A model generated the notes under the pieces. The model was not told the origin of the DNA and did no database searches. It saw only the letters and a list, made by a program, of their open reading frames with translations. A stretch of 63,800 nt of DNA, the filler included, from Sphacelaria rigidula (lineage: Eukaryota), in NCBI GenBank assembly GCA_964200075.2. It is 10 parts of 10 records of this genome, joined end to end, with 100 filler letters (N's around TTAATTAATTAA, not from the genome) between each part and the next. Parts side by side here need not be neighbours in the genome. Positions count along the whole stretch, not along the records: positions 19,171 to 25,460 come from CAXNAA020020980.1; positions 25,561 to 31,850 come from CAXNAA020020981.1; positions 31,951 to 38,240 come from CAXNAA020020982.1; 7 more parts are not named here. One strand, given 5' to 3'. Below are positions 22,726 through 33,905 of this stretch, in pieces. How positions within the stretch are numbered: the first letter of the stretch is position 1; every line of letters begins with the position of its first letter. A program made the position numbers and the translations under genes.

Positions 22726-25460
22726 TCAATGGTACACCCCTCCCGGTAAACGCCTAAAAAAATTAGGATCGTGGATTGGATCATGACCAGCACGCCCGCA
22801 CCGTGTCGACCTCTCGTCAAGTAAACTATCGTTGCGACAGAAATCAGATACTTCCCATAAAAAATGATGCATCCGCCTGGATGTGAACCAGCATTTTTCC
22901 CGACGTCAGGGTTTTGGTTTGTAGTAGTTAGATCACCGGAGCGCAGCAACTGTACCGAAGTTGTGTCGTGCACCACCCACCAGTTTTACGGCGCACCTGA
23001 CGTTTTTGTTAGTTGTGAAGTTTAGTTCGAGGGGTGGACGACGGTACCGGCTGAAACCCCCTACCTGAGAGAGTAAAAATGCCGCCGGATTTTTTTCGCT
23101 CGAGGTTTGGTCGTTTGAGAGCTAGGACCCGAATTTTTCAGGAGAGTTGCGCATCAATCGTTGTAAGGGCCATGCCTCTGGGGGTCATCGGTTTTCCGTT
23201 TCATTCGCATTTACGTCCATTTTTGGGTCGAATTCCCATGAAAAACAAAGAAATATCCGCCCTCCTTATCTTCGGAATAAAGTTGTTGGACTGAAATCTC
23301 GCTGATCATGACCTATGAACGATGGATTCGCATCTCTTCTCAAAGTTGCAGGTCCGAGCTCTTGTACCTAGAGCGAAAAATCCAAGTGATGCAGATGCCC
23401 AATGATGTGTCGAAATCCCATGGATTAACGTAGATATTTAGCTTGATTTGTTATTCGTCGGTAAGTTTTGAATGGCGACCAGTTAGCAGCCAAATTAAGT
23501 GTTTTTCTTGCCTTGATGTCAGCGAGATCTATACGCTTATCAATTTTCAGCGTAATCTTTCAAGATGTCGGGTATGATGGTTTTTGTGACATTAAACCAC
23601 CACAAACTGGTACCGACATCAGGCCGTATTTGGTATCCCAGGATATTGTGAATTGATGAAAGTGCCTGCATGACAATTCAGAGCGCACGACGCCTTCTGA
23701 TTGTCCATAAGGTTGCAGGAAACCTGCTTATTGCGGCGTATTCTGTCGCTGTTCGTCCTGTTTGCGCTAGAGACCCTTTTTTTTTCTCAAGTAGTGGGAC
23801 CAACCTAGCCTTGAAACATCGGAAACGTTCTAGAAAAATATTCCGGAATGACCATCACACAGTACTATCATTGCAAAAATTCGACGTCGGGTTCCGCAGG
23901 TCCGACTGGCGGCTGCAGGCTTGCCCAAGTGCAAAAAAGACGACAACACGGCGCGGAGACGCGGAGAGCTCAAGGTATGATGCACACGAGCAGTTGAAGC
24001 CGTTGTTCACTCAGATATAAGATCGGGGTGTGATGAAAAACACAAGACCGCAACTCCCAAATCATGCCGCGTGGGGGCGTGTGTGTGTTTCGCCTGTGGG
24101 TGGTTTCCGCCGTCATGTTAGCGTGCCGCTCTATCACAGTCCCGCTGGTCACAAGATACCGGCGATATCGCATGTTTCCCGGCCATAGAATACGGCGTGT
24201 AAGATCCGTATACCGTAACAACCCCCTCTGACAAGACGCCCCCCTTTTGAGGGTTGGTGTCAGTTGGCAATGACGCTGTGACACACATCACTCACTGCGG
24301 TAAGCTAGGCAACGAGGTTATGGGGGAGATTTTCTCTTGCGTTTTTTGCGCGGATAGCATGGCGGTGGTCGATTTAGATCATATAGTACGAGGTGGAGAA
24401 CCTCAACTCCGCGCAGAGGGCATGATCGTAGTACGCAGTGTTTGAATCGCGAGACATCCTTGAGGCAGTGTAACCCACGGCTGTCTCGGGTAGTGACGAG
24501 GCCGGAAAATGAAGCAATGCATGCGAGGCTGACATCCATATGCAAGATAACTAGTGCGCTTTGGGCCTGAGAATCTTAGTAGGGTGAAGCTCACCCTAGG
24601 TGCGACTCGCCGAACACATCACGGCGCTTCGCGCTTGGCGATCGCGAGCCTGGTCCGGCGAAATCCTGGCCTTATAGGGATGCGAGGTCAACGGTCTTTG
24701 AACTATGGCATGCAAGGTGACGAGTACCCCCCCTCTCTCTGACAAGGTCTCTGCTGCCCCACCATGTTGGTATCTCCAGTACCGTATAGAAGTACGTAGC
24801 CTCACACGCTTTCCCTCGTCCTAATTAGTCTACTTTGTCGTTCCGCTCGATTCTTTTCTGTTAATTCTTTTCTTGAGCGAGTATTTCAGTCTTGCTTTTC
24901 TTGGGTACGTCTATAATGCGACCACGGCTGGACCCACGGGCGGTCAGTTAAAGTGAGTACTCGGGTTCCGAAACGCCACCATTCAGAAAGAGTTGTATAT
25001 TTCATCGGTACGTGCGGCAGATGTTTTTGACCTGCCGTTGTTTGTGTCGCCCATCTCTTTGTCGCCTTTGTGTTTTTGTCGGTGCCTGATAATTTGCATC
25101 ACGCAATGCCACCGTGCCTCGGTGGTGAAGCTCGCACACCTGTAGCCATTCAGGGCGGAGAGTTGTGGGTTAGAAGTCCCGACGTTAAATCGTTTTTTTT
25201 TGGCAGAATCGGAATTTGGTTTCCATCGTTAGAACTACAAGGACGCGAGCAGCACAAAAAACTCCGACGGAAAGTCGACGCGGTGCGAGAGTAGTGTGGG
25301 TCCAATCTGCCACACCAAACTGTTGAGGCATGTGTCGGGGTGTACTTATTTGTTGTTCGCCTTAGTCGTTTGACAATTAACCACGCATCCCTCTCGAGAC
25401 GGGCATGTACCGGGGGGGGGTGGGGTGGGGTGTGTACTCATGGTCTTGCATGCCATAGTC

Positions 25461-25560
25461 NNNNNNNNNNNNNNNNNNNNNNNNNNNNNNNNNNNNNNNN
25501 NNNNTTAATTAATTAANNNNNNNNNNNNNNNNNNNNNNNNNNNNNNNNNNNNNNNNNNNN
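25461..25560. other. Artificial contig linker
   Basis: N44-TTAATTAATTAA-N44. Confidence 0.98.
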
Positions 25561-25822
25561 TACCTGGGTTGCAACGCTGAAATAAAACCTGGGGATTGAT
25601 TCGTCACGAGTCGACTCATCATACTAATAAAAAGTAATTTCCAGACGAATCATTGATTTCTCCGACCCTTTCACTAGTTGAAACATGCCTATACATTACG
25701 CAGTACATTTTCTGCATATTGCAACTATTGACCACATATTGTGCAGAGTATGGAAAAATTCAAGGTTGTGTTCCATAGGGTGTAGCGGCTGAAATTCGGG
25801 TATTTACGGAGGTATCATGCCC

Positions 25823-26110
25823 CGCCCCAGTGGTGTAATGGTCCGACTGTCGCCACTAGGGTAGAGAGAACGAGGGTTCGATTCCGATGCGTCGGGTTTT
25901 TCCCTCGTAGCACAGTATCTTACTTCCACCCTGGAAAGCGTGAGAACGTGAGTAAACAAAATAATTGACTGAGTTTGTGTGACGAGAGTTGACGCGGTGC
26001 GGCAGTGTCAGTGTTGACCCAATCCGCGAGACCAAAATGCAAGGCGTGTACCGGGGAGAAATGGAATGATTCCTTGAGATCACGGGCTCGGCCCGAGGAA
26101 GGGGAAGACG
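25823..26110 (+). mobile_element. tRNA-derived SINE, family 1
   Basis: Head cgccccagtggtgtaatggtccgact...gagggttcgattcc has Pol III A box (TGGTGTAATGG) and B box (GGTTCGATTCC), followed by a non-tRNA body shared with other copies. Confidence 0.8.
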
Positions 26111-26805
26111 ATAAATAAACTAATAAATAGTAACAAATAACAATAAATAATGGAGGTATATGCTATCGTTCAATGCCCTTTCGGAATCATACGGTAATGT
26201 TCGGAACGGGGCTCGATACGTTGCCGGACCATACTGAAATTCTCTATACACATTCCGGTGTGGTTTATGAATTATATACCAACCAAACAAAATCCCCCGC
26301 TTTCGGGTATATACCCTACATATCACAACCTTGATTTTCAAAATTGCTTTTCGCTTGTTGAGTCCTCACGGACCACAACCAAGTTCTGCACAAAAAGGCT
26401 GTAGTCTATCTCGGGATCCGCGCCCCGCGATTGACCTTCTGCATTTACTGGGCCTGCGTCCTCCTTGCTTTTCGTAGGAGGGGGAGAGTATGTTGTCGTC
26501 TGTCGCTACAAACGTCGGGCTTCTCTTCTCCCCCTCTTTCCCCTCATCTCGAATCTGGGAGAATTCCACGATTTCGTACTTTTACTCTTTTCTTTTTGCT
26601 CTTTCCTTTCCTCCGCCTCCCGTTTCCCGATGTCCCGAACACCATTTTTTTTTTTTTTTTTTTGGTGTGGGGGTTTGTTGTGGACAATCTTGAGTTTTCC
26701 TTNNNNNNNNNNCCTTTCCCTCTTTCCTTTTCCCCTCTCCCTCCCCCCCCCCCCCCTTTCCCGTTGGCCCGGCCCCCTTTTTTTTTTTTTTTTTGGGGGG
26801 GGGGT

Positions 26806-26936
26806 GGCGTCGAGAACAGACTGGAGTTTCCCAGTGCGCCACCCGTTCTGGAGTTTCCCAGCGGGCCGTCTACGCTGGAGGCGGTGCCTTCTCCACCTGG
26901 CCCGGAGGATGACTCTGATGATGCTGAAGCAGACGG
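26806..26936 (+). CDS. Uncharacterised spliced gene, exon (5' boundary obscured by low-quality sequence)
   Basis: VENRLEFPSAPPVLEFPSGPSTLEAVPSPPGPEDDSDDAEADG|GTACGC; phase-2 donor compatible with exon 27841. Confidence 0.5.
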
Positions 26937-27162
26937 GTACGCGGTAGCAACGTGATATGTAGAATATGTGTATTATTGAAATGGTGCGCAAGCGAAAGAA
27001 AGAAAAAGAAAGAAATCAATGCTGTGGTCTGGTGCAGTTAGTTTTGCAAGCTGACCACTTTCCGTGTTCATTGTTCCTATTGGTTACCACTGTGGGGTCT
27101 TTGTCTGCGGTCTGTCGTGGAAGATTGAAAAGCTGCCGTCGAGGAAGGGAGGAGGGGAGAGA

Positions 27163-27163
<1 letters not shown>

Positions 27164-27207
<44 letters not shown>
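27164..27207. repeat. (GTT)n microsatellite
   Basis: Direct reading. Confidence 0.95.
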
Positions 27208-27209
<2 letters not shown>

Positions 27210-27840
27210 TTCGTGTACAAGTTATTTCTTACTCTTCTCTTCTTGGTCTTCCGCCTACTCCATCTTTCTATTTCCTCCACTTCCTTCAGCGAGTATTTCC
27301 ATTATGTTCTTGTCTCCGGTACGTACGTCTATCATGTGGATTATGACCACGACTGGATCATGACTACCTGGAGGATCGTTCAAAGTGCGACAATCAATCA
27401 ATCAATCAGAATCAATATTTGATCATTTTTTTTCCGCGTTAAGGCGAGGCAAGGTAATCCTAACTCCTTTTCTTTTTTTTCGAGCAGAATAGATTTCGCG
27501 AAAAAGACGAAAAACAAGAGGGCATTCCGCAAAAGAAGCCAGGAGACGTGCGACATGCATAGAGGAACTTAACTGTTCAGACGTCCCGCACATGTGTTCG
27601 CCCACCAAAAAACCCTAGCACACTTCCGTTTATACAAAAACACCCGAATCGCCTTAACGAAAACGACTTTGTAGTTCGCTATATATTAGTGGTGGTGGTG
27701 GTGAGCTGCGATGCCTCATTGCATTGCATTGCATCAACGGTCACAACAGCGATGTCGGAAACAACCCTGTATCTTTTGTTTTTTTAATTCATTCGTCGCC
27801 TTCTTTGTCCCCCCCTTTTTTTTTCTCGTCGTGATACTAG

Positions 27841-28333
27841 GATGGATATTGACGGAGGCGATCGGGGGAGCGACGAAGATAGCACGGGAGCGGTGGGCAT
27901 ATCCAACGCCGATGGTCACAGGGGCGGTAGCAGCATCAAGAGCAGCAAGAGCAGCAAAAGCAGTAGAAGCAAAAGCAGCAGCAAAAGCAGCAGCAAAAGC
28001 AGCAAAAGCAGCTATTCGTCCGCGTCGCCCTCTACCAATAGACACAGTAGTAGTAGTAATAATAGTAGTTATAGCCGAGATGGTCCTCGCTCCTACGATA
28101 GCGACGACGAGATAATGGATGAGGGTGACGTGCTGGAGGAAAACGACAATGAAAATGGCTTTGATGGCGGCGGCGGGGGCGGCGGTAGCTTTGTCGCGGG
28201 AGGCCTGCGGGAGAGCCGCTTCTCTGTCGATAGCACCAGCGCTCCGGACTCGAATCGATCTAGCGGTAGTGTCAATCAGGGTGGCGGCAGCTCGGCGCCT
28301 GTTGGCGGGAAGCACACGCCTCCTCCCCCGAAG
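27841..28333 (+). CDS. Uncharacterised spliced gene, Ser/Gly/Asp-rich exon
   Basis: Pyrimidine tract-TAG|g MDIDGG...SSKSSKSS...GGKHTPPPPK|GTACGT; open frame, phase 2/0. Confidence 0.65.
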
Positions 28334-28679
28334 GTACGTGCATACGTGTATCGGTGTGTGTATGTGTTATCGTATATCGATGAGGAAGAGGGACAGCTGA
28401 ACCGTTCTCGCGATGAAAATTGAAGATGAAAACCGCATAAGGAAAGGTGGAGAAAAAGGAGAGAGAGGAGAAGAAAAACTCTCGTGTGGCGTTGCTCCTG
28501 CGTGATCCTGGCGGGTGCGCTCGAAAACATCGAAAGGTGTATTGTAGGCGTCCAGAATAGATAGAATGAGAATGTATTTCAATCCCTCCTCTTCATCGGG
28601 ATGAGCGAGTAGTCTCAAGGAATCGATCGACCCGTCTTTGTAGGGATGCGACGTCGATTTTCTGATGACTACGGCATGC

Positions 28680-29056
28680 GAGACCTTTTCATTTTTTTCC
28701 GGGTTGGATTAACACTCCCGCACTGCATCCGATTTTCGTCACAATTTGTTTTGCTACCCACTCGCGTCCTCTCACGTGATTCAACGAAGGAAATCAGATA
28801 CTCCCCCCCCCCCCCCCCCCACCCAAAACAAACCAACAAAACAAAACACAAAACCGCGCGCACGACCTACCCCCCACCCCNNNNNNNNNNTTTTTTTGCC
28901 CCCCCACCCCCGCCCTCCCACGTACTAAAAAAAAGAAAAACAAATCCCCCCCCCCCCCCCCCAAACAAACAAACGAAGCAAGAAAATAAAAGGCGTAACT
29001 GCTGGCATTCGAAACCTCTACTCCGCCCTGACCGTACCAATGATGTCACCGGGGCG
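28680..29056 (-). mobile_element. tRNA-derived SINE, family 1 (degenerate, intronic)
   Basis: ggcattcgaaacc..ctccgccctga..caccggggcg end matches the family-1 head; the middle is corrupted by a low-quality gap. Confidence 0.5.
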
Positions 29057-29372
29057 CGGCGGGTAGATGTTTGTCGAAAAGAAGGAAAAGAGAAGCTCCA
29101 TTTTCAGCATCAAGATATCAAGTGATGTAACCATAGTGGACATCTATTATAATCTACAGTAGCGGGATTCACGTTCTCTGTAACAAATAGAATAGTTCAA
29201 ATATCACCTGGAATTTGTGATGGTTCCACATGCAACGTGGACAACATGTGTTGAATATGAAAGTTGCAATAGAAAAATTGTAATGCGTAACGTGTTGACG
29301 TATTGCAACTATTCCACACCCTCGACCATATATATATATATATATATGGTTAACACATGCAATATGCAACAT

Positions 29373-29717
29373 TGTACTGGGTACAGTATAGGCCTACTGC
29401 AACTATTCACGGTTCGGACGAATCATCGCCGGTCCGAATCACCAAATCCACGATTGTCAGGCCTGATTGCTCAAGAAAGAGAAAAAAAGTTGACTGCTGG
29501 TCAAAGAGGTTTCCACGCAATTTTTGCACCATTCCACGTTCCTGGGCTGCGCGTACCTGGGTTTCAACGCTGAAAACAAAGCCTGGGGACTAATTCAAAA
29601 TGTACGAATAATTACACTAAAATCAAGTAATTTCCAGACGAATCATCGATTCGCCCGAGCCTTGCAACTATTGTCGGCCCTCAAAAATCGCTTTAGGCCT
29701 ATACTTTACCCAGTACA
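29373..29717. mobile_element. MITE family C (23-bp TIR); related fragment 25561-25710
   Basis: tgtactgggtacagtataggcct ... aggcctatactttacccagtaca. Internal tacctgggtt(t/g)caacgctgaaa is shared with 25561. Confidence 0.75.
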
Positions 29718-30904
29718 CTTTTTTGTTCACTGCGTCTATTGTCTTGTATGGGGTGTGAATCGTTCGCGAGAAAAAAAAAATAACAAATATGATCTGCTCT
29801 ATCCACACACCGTTCAAGTGATTTTGTCTACTTTACGCGGGAATTGTGATGGCAAAAACGACCGCACCGCCGCCCCCCTCCGTGTTCGGAGGTTCTTACC
29901 GAGGACGCGTGTTGGACCGTCTCTTGTGTGTTGTGATGATGGGAGTGGTGTGACGTCAACTTGGCATACGTGTTGAGCCTTCATTCCTCCGTCCGACATG
30001 CGTGTGCTGATCACGTTATTTTCCAGCTCAACTGCAGATTTTTAGTTTGTATGGAATAGAGGGTACGTCTATGTTTTCTGACCAAGGCTGTATTTCTGCG
30101 TATAGGGTCAGCTTATCTATGGGAATTGAACAATGAATGGATAGTAACAGGGGTAACCAATGAATGAGGACGAAGTGGAACAACCGACGCCCAACTTTCC
30201 TTTTTTGTTTTAGAGCGTGCCGGAAAGCCTCAAAAGTTCGGAGCTTGTTGGGTACGTACATGAGAGTGCATTTTTCTGGCATCGTGTAAGCACAGATACA
30301 TGTTCGAGGAAAAGACTATTATATTACGCTAAACTGTAACCAATAGCCGTTTTGATCCAGGGTGAGGGATCCTTGCTTTGCCTTTTTGAGTCTTCTCCCT
30401 ATCATTTTTTTTTGCAATGCCCGTTTGTCTGTCTACTGCAGAGGATGTCAGCAAGTACGGGAACACGTTCACAATTTGCCTTGTCACATACGCTTGATGC
30501 GACACATTGTGGTAGTACGCCTTGCTGCCTTATGGTTACGTGTAGTGGAGACCGATGCCATTGGTGTGGTACATTTGTCATATCTCGACCGAATCCCCAA
30601 AGCCACCTGGGAGGGGCCCACATGATGCGTCTTGTCTGCCTGTGTCCCTGCCTGTCCATGTCTAAATGTGTGTCCATGTCTAAATGTGTGTCCATGTCTG
30701 TCTGTCTTTTTCTGTTCATATATGTATGTCCCTCTATGTCCATGTTTGTATCTCCATGCTAATGTCTACCTTCCCCTCCTATGTCCATGTCTATTTCTCT
30801 ATGCCCTTGTCTATCTGTCGCTCTATGTCCATTCCCCTCTCCATCTTTATATCTGTCTCTCTAACTTCTCATCTGTCCGTCTCTCTTTCAACCCTAACCC
30901 GACT

Positions 30905-30961
30905 GTCGATGTCTCTCTCGATGTCTCTCTCGATGTCTCTCTCGATGTCTCTCTCGATGTC
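30905..30961. repeat. 12-bp minisatellite (tcgatgtctctc)x~5 in pyrimidine-rich intron end
   Basis: Direct reading. Confidence 0.9.
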
Positions 30962-31012
30962 CATGTATACGATATATCGGCCTCTCTGTTTCCATATCTA
31001 TCGGTCTCTCAG

Positions 31013-31153
31013 GTCGAGGGCATGAGCCATGTGGCCCCGAAGGCAATACGGGGGAGGTCCGGGGAGTACTTTGCTATCAACGATCCCGGCCGAGAACCGT
31101 TTTACGTGCACGCCTACGTCGCAGGGGACTCTCAACAGGCGGCCAACTTGCAG
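31013..31153 (+). CDS. Uncharacterised spliced gene, exon
   Basis: ctctcag|VEGMSHVAPKAIRGRSGEYFAINDPGREPFYVHAYVAGDSQQAANLQ|gtgaac, 141 nt, phase 0/0, compatible with the donor at 28333. Confidence 0.7.
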
Positions 31154-31850
31154 GTGAACCAGACGTGGTGATCGGCTTTAATTTTGTTACCGCAGAGGTT
31201 ATTGTGGCCGCAGATGTTCACACGGCCAGGTTGTTAGCCCTCCTCCCAGCAGCGGTCTTTATAGATGGACTGGTTCCAGTGGGCTGGTCGAATGTTGCAC
31301 GGGTCGGACAAATAATGATTCGTCTGAAGATTATTTCCTCCTGGTGTGATTGATTCGTATCGTACGAATCAATCCTTCTTTTTTTTTTTCAGCATTGCAC
31401 CTCACGTACGCGCACCTCAAGGCACGTCGAGTGGCGCAAAATGATGGACGGTTAGGCACGTTCTTGACCCGCGGTCAACTTCTCTGTCTTTTTCTAGCCA
31501 TGATTCGCCCGAGCGTTGGAATGTCGAGTCGATGCTGAAGAGAAGGCGGTCAAGTATGATAGTACGACACTTGACGACTTCTTCTTCAGGAAAGAGTGTA
31601 TTTATATATTTATATGTGCCTCGTTTCATCTCCGTCGCCAAATGTCCATGGCTAAGTGGAATTGAAAGCATGTTTGATTTTGTTTTTTTGTTAGCAAGGT
31701 GGACCGGATTCGGATCTACAGAGGAGAACCGATCGTTTTAGATTCATTTTTTGTCATCTTGGGCACCCTCTTGTTCCCTTGTACTTGCCCTTGCCTCAGG
31801 GAGGGGGCGGGGGGGGGGGGGGTTGGTGGTGCCTTGGGTTGTATTTTGAG

Positions 31851-31950
31851 NNNNNNNNNNNNNNNNNNNNNNNNNNNNNNNNNNNNNNNNNNNNTTAATT
31901 AATTAANNNNNNNNNNNNNNNNNNNNNNNNNNNNNNNNNNNNNNNNNNNN
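31851..31950. other. Artificial contig linker
   Basis: N44-TTAATTAATTAA-N44. Confidence 0.98.
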
Positions 31951-32294
31951 CGCCATCCCCCGTCGAGGAAGGGGGTGCGGGTCAACGGCAAAAAAACTAC
32001 GGCAAAAAAAAAAAGGAGAACCCCCCCCCCCCCCCCCCAGTGCATGGTTTTGGGAGTCAAAAGCTTCACGTAAATCAAAATGGGAAAAGCCGAGCACAAC
32101 GAACAGCTGAGAATTCCCACGCTTGCGTTCGTTCTCGCCAATGTTGCCAATATGAGGCGCTTCAAGCAGCCTGAATCCAAACGTCAGGCGCTGTATGGCT
32201 AATTTTTTGGTGACACTCTTGGGCTGGTTTTGGGGGCGGGCTATCGTAAAAAGTGTCACCGGATGGACTAAATACTAAATATGACGCGTGCAAC

Positions 32295-32455
32295 GTGCAG
32301 TGCAGACAGCACTAAGCAGTAGAGTATTGTCTGTACTGCCGCATACAGCAGTAAAAGATGCAGATGCCAGTTTGCAGACAGTACGAGCTGAGCCAGCCTA
32401 GAAACGGGTTCAAGCTCACAAAGCAATATCTCATCGACACAGGCGAGTTGGGCCG
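32295..32455 (+). repeat. Dispersed repeat (partial copies ~34250-34350, 38150-38240, 60675-60740)
   Basis: Shared tgcagtgcagacag..tgtactgccgcat..cagtacgagctg(a/g)gccagc. Confidence 0.65.
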
Positions 32456-33318
32456 TGATCTGCATATCGTATTGATCGTCTAATCAAGGGGAAAGTGCAT
32501 ATCTGCTCGAGAGTCTGAGGCAATATTGTCTCGTTGATTAAACCTCATGTTTAGTAATTCCTGTACGGTACGGCGATAGCGTCCATACTAAAATCTTCAT
32601 GAAACCCCGAACGATACATTCAGCGGATTACGACGATTTCTGGTGTAGACGCTTTTTGCAGCGCGGAGAAACGATAGATACCCTCACCTCTACTTAACTC
32701 GTTATCTATCTCGAGATATGGCGCATATAAGGCTCGATACAACAATCAACATATTACGGGCACAGGCACTAGATGAACCAAGTCTGGATATCGCGTGTCA
32801 GTTCTTGAGAATTGTGCTATGAAATTCCGTATGGGGAATGCATGATGAGATGAAAAAAAAACGGTCAAAAATATTTGGTTCGCTCTTCGTTCATTTTCTT
32901 GTTATTTGGGGGAAGTGTTGAAGGGAAATGAACACTGTGCTAGAGCTTTATCTCAATTTTTGGAATTGTGATTAAAAACTTAGCATGGAGAACCACAGAG
33001 GTGCGCCGAATAAAAAAAACGGGCCTTCAATTTTTTTCGGGAGAGTTTCGGGCGCTTTCGTAAGAAAGTGGCCGTTACCATACTAAAACGTCCTGAACCA
33101 GTGACCCAAGAATAAATACCAACCTGACCGGCTTCTTTTGGTTCATCACGTCCCAGCGAAGCCCCACACAGAACTTTAATTCACGAACACCAAACGTGAG
33201 CCTGTGAGTGCACAAACACCAAACCTGAAAAATATTGTTCCGATTTTCCACCGACCCGATTTCTAAACGGCCCATTCGCCGGCTACTATTTAGAGTTGGA
33301 TCTTGAAATAACAGCGCA

Positions 33319-33582
33319 TTCGTGAGATTGAGAGTAGAGCGCTGATTGAGAGGGCCTTCAATCATTCGCTTCAAACCAGCCAACTTTTCCTTCCGTGTGT
33401 GGTTCTCTCTACCTCCATAACTAGCGTGTGCTTACAGCTACACGTCGATATCCTACTCAAGGATATCGAGGGCCTCAATGGCAACCTACTACAGAAAGCA
33501 TATCGGGCGTCATTCGGGAGAGTTTCGGAACTAAAACGGTTCATTCACTAATCGATCGCTTCTCACTCTCAATCTCACGAAC
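33319..33582. mobile_element. MITE family A copy
   Basis: ttcgtgagattgagagt ... actctcaatctcacgaa; body aligns to 19776-20065. Confidence 0.8.
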
Positions 33583-33770
33583 ACATTGTTAAATGTGGTA
33601 TGAACAATGAGTAGGGCATGGTCAAAAAACAGTACGCGTGGACTCAAATACATATTTTATGAGTTCAAGACAATAATCAGTTTTCAGATATCAGTGAATT
33701 GCCGTTTAATCATGAAAAAAACCCCTCCGGGTCCACCCTTTTATTTTTAATGCTTCATTCATTGTCCATA

Positions 33771-33905
33771 CAGCCGGTCGCCCCGGTGGCTCAGTTGGTA
33801 ACCTCGAAACCTTCTGACGGTTGGGTCGCGGGTTCAAATCTCGGAGCGATCTGGGATTTTCTCTCACGCAATACCCAACAGTAGAGAGCGACCATGTCGC
33901 GGTTA
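33771..33905 (+). mobile_element. tRNA-derived SINE, family 2
   Basis: agccggtcgccccggtggctcagttggtaacc..ttctgacggttgggtcgcgggttcaaatc has A/B boxes and a non-canonical cloverleaf. Its 3' body is shared with 51121-51251. Confidence 0.75.

Noticed and set aside
26560..26805. Poly-T/C/G runs giving poly-Phe/Pro/Lys ORFs (also 28800-28970)
   Set aside because: Low-quality sequence around 10-N gaps; the ORFs are artefacts.
33771..33850. Functional tRNA gene
   Set aside because: Irregular cloverleaf, and a shared non-tRNA 3' body in another copy indicates a SINE.
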